A DNA stretch of 64,000 nucleotides, from contig CAVZCU010000015.1 of assembly GCA_963773845.1 (NCBI GenBank), positions 327,570 through 391,569 on the forward strand, written 5' to 3'. Below the pieces are notes generated by a model. That model worked only from the letters and a program-made list of their open reading frames with translations. It was not told the origin of the DNA and did no database searches. Both the position numbers and the translations under genes were made by a program. Source of the stretch: an uncultured Gemmataceae bacterium. Lineage in GTDB: Bacteria; Planctomycetota; Planctomycetia; Gemmatales; Gemmataceae. Shown in pieces: positions 57,524 to 64,000 of the stretch. Position 1 is the stretch's first letter. Each line of letters starts with the position of its first letter.

Positions 57524-57715
57524 GTGTCCGATTTGTCCGACAGTCTGTCCGAGGATCGCCGACGGGAGATTTTTGCCGCGATTGTCGAAGCTCAGGACCG
57601 GGGAATCTCGGTCGCGGAGTCGCGGCAGCAGGTCGCTGCCAAGTTCGGAATTACCCGCGACGCGGTTGCCCAAATCGAACGTGAAGGCATGGACCACGAA
57701 TGGCCTCCGCTTTGA
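57524..57715 (+). CDS. small hypothetical protein (63 aa)
   Basis: AGGAGG RBS followed by GTG. Confidence 0.3.
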   Translation: MSDLSDSLSEDRRREIFAAIVEAQDRGISVAESRQQVAAKFGITRDAVAQIEREGMDHEWPPL

Positions 57716-58085
57716 GCGCCACTGGGACGATTCGCGGTCCCCCTTTCGCCCACCGTCGCGGGGGCCAGCAACCGGAATGGGGAAGCAACGCGCGAAACGG
57801 TGACAGTTTCAAGTTTCTGGTGACCACGCGTGCTGGAACCTGAGTGCGGCGATTGCCAGGGGATCGTTCTGCGTCTCACCATGGCTCGGCAAACAGGCCA
57901 CGGGACCATACCTTCCTCGGCACCCTCACACGGGTGAAGAGCGATTCCAACGGTGCAAGTGAGAAGTCCCACGCGCGGCCACCTCGAATCGGGACCGACA
58001 ATCTGCTTTGGCCCCGTTGCGTCATGCCAATCACTTTGAGATACTTTTAATATCCCGCCTGAGTCGCCGTTCGCACGAGATCGAC

Positions 58086-60278
58086 ATGCGTGGTCCGAGT
58101 CTCCTCTTATTGCTTTGCGTGGCCCTTTCCGCTCGTGCAGCGCCCATTTCATTTCGCCAGGAGGTGATGGCCGTATTGTCGCGTGCCGGCTGCAACCAGG
58201 GGGCTTGTCACGGCAATTTCAATGGCAAGGGTGGCTTCCGCTTGTCTTTACGCGGCGAGAACCCGGACATGGATCTCCAGACGCTCACTCGGGGCATGCA
58301 AGCCCGGCGCACGGATACCGTGCGACCGGCCGAGAGCCTCATCTTGCGAAAAGCCACCGGTTTCGTTCCGCACGAAGGCGGGCCCCGATTCGCCGTCGAT
58401 TCCCCGGAGTACCGAATTCTTCGCGATTGGATTGCCGGCGGGTGTCGCGATGACAACTCCCCGAAACTGCTTGGCTTGTCGGTCACCCCTCGCTCCAAGA
58501 TTCTGTTCGAACCGGCTGGCCGGCTGAAGATCGACGTGGTCGGTCACTTCGCGGATGGAACGAATCGAAATCTGACGCACCTTGTGGTGTTCGAACCGAC
58601 CGTGGTCGGAACCGTGAACATCGCCGCTGATGGCACCGTGACCAAACTGCGGCACGGCGAGCTGAACATAATTGTTCGCTATTTGGATCGGCAGGTTCCG
58701 GTCACGCTCGCGTTCCTGCCGGCCCGCGAAAGCTTTACCTGGTCAGATGGACAATCCGCCAACCCGGTTGACAAGCACCTGGCGGCACAATGGAAGTCCT
58801 TGCGATTGACGCCCTCGCCCGTGGCCGATGATTCGATGTTCTTGCGACGGGTGTACCTGGACACGCTGGGCATTTTGCCGACGCCCGAAGAAGTGCAAGC
58901 GTTTCTTGGCGACGAGACCCCGGACAAGCGTGAACGTCTCATTGATGCCCTCTTGCGGCGACCCGAATTTGCCGACTTCTGGGCGCAAAAGTGGAGCGAC
59001 CTGCTTCGCAATGAGGAAAAGTCCCTCGACCGAAAGGGAGTTCGCGTCTTTCATCAATGGATCCGTGATTCGATCGCAGCGGGCAAGCCGCTCAATGAAT
59101 TTGCTCGGGAAATCATCGCCGCTCGCGGGAGCACCTATCAAAACCCTCCGACCAATCTCTATCGTTCGCTCCGAGATCCGTATTTGCGGTCCGAAGCAGT
59201 CGCGCAGGTTTTTCTCGGCATCCGATTGCAATGCGCAAAGTGTCATAATCATCCATTCGATCGCTGGACGCGGGACGACTATCATGAATTCGCGGCCTTC
59301 TTCGGGCGCATCGACTATCGGATCGTGGAAAACAATCGACGCGACCAACTCGACAAGCACGAATTCAATGGCGAGCAAATCGTCGTGATGCGCCGTGATT
59401 CGGGTCTCAAGAACCCGCGGACTGATGATGTGATGGCTCCGCGATTGTTGGGCCACCGCCGGCATGTGAGCGAAGGCGACGAATTGCAAATCCTTGCCGA
59501 TTGGGTCGCCCGGCCGGACAACCCGTACTTTGCCCGAGCGCAGGCGAATCGCGTCTGGTTCCACTTGATGGGCCGGGGTCTGGTCGAACCGATCGACGAC
59601 TTTCGCTCGTCGAATCCCGCGGTCAACGAAGGTCTCCTCGACGATCTCGCACACCGATTTGCCGCAAGCGGCTTCGATTTGCGGGCTCTCGTCCGATTGA
59701 TTTTGACGTCACGAGCTTATCAACGCTCCTCGTTGCCGGCCGCGACGAACGCGGACGACGATCTTCACTTTTCGAAGGCTTTTATTCGACCCCTCGAGGC
59801 CGAGCAACTCCTCGACGCCGTTGCGCAAGTGACCGGTTCGCCGCCGAAGTTCGACGGTTATCCCAGGGGGATGAGGGCCGGCCAGGTTGCAGCACCGTCG
59901 CAGCCGCGTCGAAAACGGGGAGCCGGACAGGCGGAGCGATTTTTACAAGCGTTCGGCAAGCCGGAACGGCTGCTGACATGTGAATGCGAGCGGTCGGAAA
60001 ACGTCGGCCTCGTGCAGGCATTTCAACTACTGACGGGCGAAATGCTGCAGGAGATGTTGTCCGATCCGAACAACCGAATCGCCGAATTGCTCAGGTCGGA
60101 AAAATCGGATACGGAGATCATTGCGGCTCTCTATTTGTCGGCACTAAGCCGCCGACCGACGACAGCGGAAACGCATAAGCTCGCGGCTTATCTGGCCCAC
60201 GCGAAGGACCGACGCGCGGCGCTGGAAGATGTGGTATGGGGATTGTTGAACTCGAAGGAGTTCTTGCTGCGGAGGTGA
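58086..60278 (+). CDS. secreted PSCyt2 (DUF1549) / PSD1 (DUF1553) protein
   Basis: signal peptide MRGPSLLLLLCVALSARA; CNQGACHGNFNGKGGFRLSLRGENP; LQCAKCHNHPFDRWTRDDY. Confidence 0.85.
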   Translation: MRGPSLLLLLCVALSARAAPISFRQEVMAVLSRAGCNQGACHGNFNGKGGFRLSLRGENPDMDLQTLTRGMQARRTDTVRPAESLILRKATGFVPHEGGPRFAVDSPEYRILRDWIAGGCRDDNSPKLLGLSVTPRSKILFEPAGRLKIDVVGHFADGTNRNLTHLVVFEPTVVGTVNIAADGTVTKLRHGELNIIVRYLDRQVPVTLAFLPARESFTWSDGQSANPVDKHLAAQWKSLRLTPSPVADDSMFLRRVYLDTLGILPTPEEVQAFLGDETPDKRERLIDALLRRPEFADFWAQKWSDLLRNEEKSLDRKGVRVFHQWIRDSIAAGKPLNEFAREIIAARGSTYQNPPTNLYRSLRDPYLRSEAVAQVFLGIRLQCAKCHNHPFDRWTRDDYHEFAAFFGRIDYRIVENNRRDQLDKHEFNGEQIVVMRRDSGLKNPRTDDVMAPRLLGHRRHVSEGDELQILADWVARPDNPYFARAQANRVWFHLMGRGLVEPIDDFRSSNPAVNEGLLDDLAHRFAASGFDLRALVRLILTSRAYQRSSLPAATNADDDLHFSKAFIRPLEAEQLLDAVAQVTGSPPKFDGYPRGMRAGQVAAPSQPRRKRGAGQAERFLQAFGKPERLLTCECERSENVGLVQAFQLLTGEMLQEMLSDPNNRIAELLRSEKSDTEIIAALYLSALSRRPTTAETHKLAAYLAHAKDRRAALEDVVWGLLNSKEFLLRR

Positions 60279-60281
60279 TCG

Positions 60282-61049
60282 ATGGAAGGGACCGTGGTAT
60301 CGCCAGACGCCGAAGCCGCCCAGGCGGCACGAGTGCTGGCCGAGTTGGAATCACTCGAACTCATCACCGATGATGGCGAGACCCTAGAAACCATCTGGCA
60401 CCGTAAATGTATCAATCTGCTGATCGAGCAGATCGAGTACCTTTACCGCGACCGCGATGACGATTACGTCGCCGGCAACACATTCATTTACTTCAGCCCC
60501 CAGCAGGCGCGGAATCGGGACTTCCGCGGTCCGGATTTCTTTTACGTGGGCGCGACCACCCGGCAACCAACGCGGGAATGCTGGGTTGTTTGGAACGAGA
60601 ACCTTCGGCGGCCGGATGTAGTCATCGAATTGACATCGCCGTCGACCCGGGATGAGGATCACGGGACGAAATTCCGCGTCTATCGCGATACCCTGGAAGT
60701 GAAGAATTATTTCGTCTATGACCCGGAAACGCGCGTTTTGGAGGGTTGGCAGCTCGAGAAGCGACGATACATTCCGATTCGTCCCGATCAGAGTGGTCGA
60801 CTGATTTGCGATGAATTGGACTTGCTGCTCGGCAAATGGGATGGCGAATATGTCCGGGATAATGTGACCTGGCTTCGGTTTTTTGATCGCGATGGGAATG
60901 TGATCCCCATTCCCGCGGAAGCCGAGCACCAGCGGGCCGAAGCCGAACGCCAACGCGCCGAAGCAGCCGACGCGGAAATCGCCCGATTGAAAAGGCTACT
61001 GGCGCAACAGCAGACAGGATCCGAAAACGGTGCGTCGTCGTCATCTTGA
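60282..61049 (+). CDS. Uma2-family (DUF820) endonuclease
   Basis: Uma2 core plus C-terminal QRAEAERQRAEAADAEIARLK coiled coil. Confidence 0.7.
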   Translation: MEGTVVSPDAEAAQAARVLAELESLELITDDGETLETIWHRKCINLLIEQIEYLYRDRDDDYVAGNTFIYFSPQQARNRDFRGPDFFYVGATTRQPTRECWVVWNENLRRPDVVIELTSPSTRDEDHGTKFRVYRDTLEVKNYFVYDPETRVLEGWQLEKRRYIPIRPDQSGRLICDELDLLLGKWDGEYVRDNVTWLRFFDRDGNVIPIPAEAEHQRAEAERQRAEAADAEIARLKRLLAQQQTGSENGASSSS

Positions 61050-61058
61050 GGAGCCGCT

Positions 61059-62415
61059 GTGACTTCAGCCAGCCAACCATCGCTTGATCGGCGACAAATC
61101 GTTCAAATTGGCGGAGCCGGTCTGTTCGGTCTCTCGTTGCCACAATTCCTTCGCGGAAGGTAAGGGCAAGCCACGCGCCAAGGCCGTTATTTTTCTTCAC
61201 CAATTCGGCGGGCCTCCGGGACATGAGACGTTCGATATGAAGCCGGACGCCCCGGCTGAAGTGCGCGGCTCGTTTAAGCCAATTTCGACAAGGGTTTCGG
61301 GTCTGCAAGTGTGCGAAATGCTGCCGCGGATGGCGGACGTGGCCGACAAGTTGACGGTCATTCGCTGCGTGCAGCACTCAATGAAAAACCACAACTCGGC
61401 TGGCTATTACAGCCTCACTGGCATGGCTCCGCCAACCGACGACCAGCGGCTGCGCGACTCAATCGATCTTTTTCCCGCCTACGGTTCAATCGTTGACAAG
61501 TTCGCTCCGGCGCCCAAGGGAACGCCGACCTTTGTTGCCTACCCCCACGTCATCCGCGATGGCTCGATCACTCCCGGGCAGCAAGCAAGCTTTCTCGGCA
61601 AAGCGCATAACCCGTTCTTCTTCACCAACGACCCGAACTCCTCCGACTTTTGCCTGCCGGAGCTAACACTGCCCGCATCCATTAGCCCCGAGCGCATGGA
61701 ACACCGCAAGGGTGTGCTCAAGTTGATCGATGGACAGACGCGTCTTCTGGAACAGTCGGCCGTCGCGCAAGGAATCGACGAGTCCTATCAGAAGGCGGTC
61801 ACGATGCTGACTTCGAAGGAGTTCAAGAGGGCATTCGACCTGTCTGATGAATCGACGACTCTCCGCGACCAATATGGACGAACGACTTATGGACAGGGCT
61901 GTCTGCTGGCCCGGCGACTGGTCGAGGCCGGGGCCAGATTCATCAACGTCTACTTTTCGCAATCGATTGGTGGCCCCAAGGGCGGCTGGGATGTTCACGG
62001 CTTCGACGGCAAGCCGATGGATCCAATTCTCAAAAGCCACCTGCTGCCGATCACCAATCAAACGTTGCCGACACTGCTCGAAGACCTCGATCAACGCGGA
62101 TTGCTCAAGGATACGTTGGTGCTCTGGATGGGGGAGTTCGGCCGCACGCCGCGGATCAACAAGCTGGCCGGCCGCGACCACTGGCCGCAATGCTACACCG
62201 TCGTCATGGCTGGCGGCGGCGTGAAGGGCGGGTACATCTATGGCGCCTCCGACAAGATCGGCGCCTACCCAACACTCGGACAGGCGGGACCGGAGGACAT
62301 TTCGGCCACAGTCTTTGATCTCTTGGGAATCGACCCAACGACGGAAATCCGCGACAAACTCAATCGGCCATTCCCGATTTCAAGGGGGAAGGTGATTGAG
62401 GACGTGATTGCATAG
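61059..62415 (+). pseudogene. DUF1501 (sulfatase-like) Tat-secreted protein; Tat signal in one frame and mature domain in another (indel near 61160)
   Basis: GAGGAG RBS + GTG; DRRQIVQIGGAGLFGLSLPQF twin-arginine signal; then KAKAVIFLHQFGGPPGHETFDMKPD. Confidence 0.7.
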
Positions 62416-62422
62416 CAGAAGT

Positions 62423-63306
62423 CTACATGCCTCGCCGGATGAGATTGCCGATGACTGCTTTGGCCGTTGCGACCCATCGCCCGTCGTAGTGAACCGCTCG
62501 GCCATACCAGGTCGCCGAAGCGATTGGCTCCTTTTCTCGCAGTACGAAGCCCATCGTTCGGCAGGTCGAGCCCCATGCTTGTCCGATGGTCTTCGGTTCG
62601 GCCAATTCACGATTCCGCCGTCGAAGCAACGACCGTCGGAGAATCGCCAGTACGGTTTGGAGTCGCTCGACAATACGGCTCGATAGGTTCGCGTGGCCCG
62701 TTCGGTACCGCACCAGTGGCTCGTCCACGTAGTCGAATTCAAAGTGTCGCGACGCGCGGAGCCAGAGATCGTAGTCGATGGCCAATTGCAGATTCGGATC
62801 GAATACCCCGACCGACTCAAACACACTTCGCCGGACGACGACGGATGAGAAGCAGACCGGGTTTTGCACCAGGAACGTGTCGTATAGCTGGCCACGAGCC
62901 GGCGCCATTTTCGGCGTAGCAAGATCGTTCCCCTCGCCATCTATGAGTTTTCGCCGGCTATATACCACGCCGATCTTGGGATTAGCGAAAAGGGTAATCT
63001 GACGTTCGAGCTTGTTAGGCAACCACTCATCGTCGCCGTCGAGAAACGCAATCAGCGGAGCCTGCGAGAGTTGGATGCCCAAGTTCTTGGCTCTCGATTG
63101 TCCGAGGCCATCGGTTCGCTGGTAGTGGATCGCTGGTCGGCCAGATATGGCTGTACAATGACCGGCGTTTGATCGGTCGATCCGTCGTCGATAAGGACGA
63201 CTTCGAAATCACCGCACGTTTGTTCCATGACAGACCGAATAGCACCGGCGAGGTATCTGCCGTAGTTTCGCGTGGCAATGACGACGCTGACGGCGGGTGA
63301 GTTCAT
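62423..63306 (-). pseudogene. family-2 glycosyltransferase with frameshift near 63130
   Basis: N-part VSVVIATRNYGRYL…VVLIDDGSTDQT; C-part IHYQRTDGLGQSRAKNLG…IAFLDGDDEW in another frame. Confidence 0.7.
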
Positions 63307-63336
63307 GATAGTGGCGATGCCAATTCGGCGAGCCGA

Positions 63337-63428
63337 CCGCGGTTTGGCGAGCCGACCGCCGTAAGGCGGCGGGTGATGTCGCGGATTGAAACCAACACCC
63401 GCCGCATTGCGGCGGTCGGCTCGCCAAA
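63337..63428. repeat. imperfect ~30-bp-stem inverted repeat with 20-nt loop and an adjacent GGCGAGCCGACCGC direct repeat, between GT2 and the upstream ligase gene
   Basis: ggcgagccgaccgccgtaaggcggcgggtg … cacccgccgcattgcggcggtcggctcgcc. Confidence 0.55.
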
Positions 63429-63462
63429 GTCACTTAAGCAGCCATCGGCTTCGAATCCCAGC

Positions 63463-64000
63463 TTACGGAGCAAGCGACTTCAAATACGCCGTCGCGACCG
63501 GCGAAATGCAGAAGCGGTACTTCCCCGAGGATTCCGGTCGAATCGCATCGACAAGTTCCACCTCGCAGCGCATCTCCGGACCAAACGTCTTTTGCACCAG
63601 GGATTCGATCTGTCGCTGGGAATCTGCGCCGAAGCCCTCGCCGGGGACCAGCCGCAGACGAAGAAACGTGAGTTTCTCCTGCACGATCTGCACCTGAGCG
63701 GCACCACGAATCTCAGTGGCGAAATGGTCCGTCAGCGAAATGCCCGATATCAGAACGCCGGCCGGCGTCAGCACATAGTCGGCCTCGCGGCCAATCACCC
63801 GTTCGATGAGCGGCAGCCCCCGGCCGCACGCACAAGTGCGATCGCTCGCAACGACGACGTCGCCGACCTGATACCGAATCAACGGCATGGCTCGATTCGT
63901 CAAATCCGTCACGAGCAATGGGCCGGCACCAGGCCCGCGTCCAGCCGGTCATCGGGGATAACCTCGCAATACACGCCATCGGCATTCAGGTGCAGCCCAT
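63463..64000 (-). CDS. phenylacetate-CoA ligase / CapK-like (F390-synthetase family) adenylate-forming enzyme, C-terminal part; gene continues past window end and may contain a further frameshift
   Basis: IRYQVGDVV…CACGRGLPLIERVIGR. Confidence 0.55.

Overview
GC-rich bacterial chromosomal segment, very probably from a Planctomycetota genome. The evidence is two PSCyt2/PSD1 (DUF1549/DUF1553) proteins with planctomycete cytochrome-c CxxCH motifs, a Tat-signal DUF1501 protein, two Uma2-family endonucleases, a WD40 protein, a BatA/DUF58 pair, and the absence of obvious Shine-Dalgarno sequences. Housekeeping genes present are trpS, thiC with a TPP riboswitch, truD, rnd, a Nif3 homolog, an RraA-like protein, flotillin/NfeD, an IlvD/EDD dehydratase and an ECF sigma/anti-sigma pair. 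These are interleaved with a heavily mobile-element-shaped accessory region. An IS4-superfamily element (2046 bp, TIR CAGC..GGAATCAG, 9-bp TSDs) is present in two inverted copies at 13455-15500 and 31361-35116, bracketing ~15.9 kb. The second copy carries a nested 1.7-kb insertion encoding a 541-aa putative transposase, and a third, unrelated IS4-family element sits at 19759-21281. The second IS copy landed exactly in the overlap of a hicB-hicA toxin-antitoxin pair, and the split hicA also carries an in-frame TGA. A defense-like cluster at 6.4-9.6 kb holds a disrupted HEPN gene, a DUF4926-like small gene, an N4-cytosine (SPPF) DNA methyltransferase and a convergent 239-aa protein separated by a perfect 29-bp-stem hairpin (candidate Type II R-M). 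Near 29.6-31.4 kb a retropepsin-like (DTG) aspartic protease overlaps an 81-aa partner gene. Non-coding structure is unusually rich. A perfectly identical 1152-bp tandem duplication (52983-55287) copies the 5' end of thiC, its TPP riboswitch and an upstream small gene. A family of ~67-bp perfect palindromes sits just upstream of the trpS and thiC start codons; their stems differ by a base change compensated on the other arm, and the thiC copy shares its GTG-AGTTCG-CAC loop with the MTase-locus hairpin (stem lengths counted from alignments by eye). A ~115-bp hairpin unit is tandemly repeated 3.7 times after truD. There is a nested G/C-hairpin plus CACAAAGA MITE-like structure downstream of the trpS stop, and an AG-rich 170-bp imperfect inverted repeat after the asparaginase gene. 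At least nine genes show single-nucleotide frameshifts, several at short homopolymer runs. This suggests assembly indel errors rather than nine real pseudogenes, so pseudogene calls here need read-level confirmation. No rRNA, tRNA or CRISPR array was recognised by eye.
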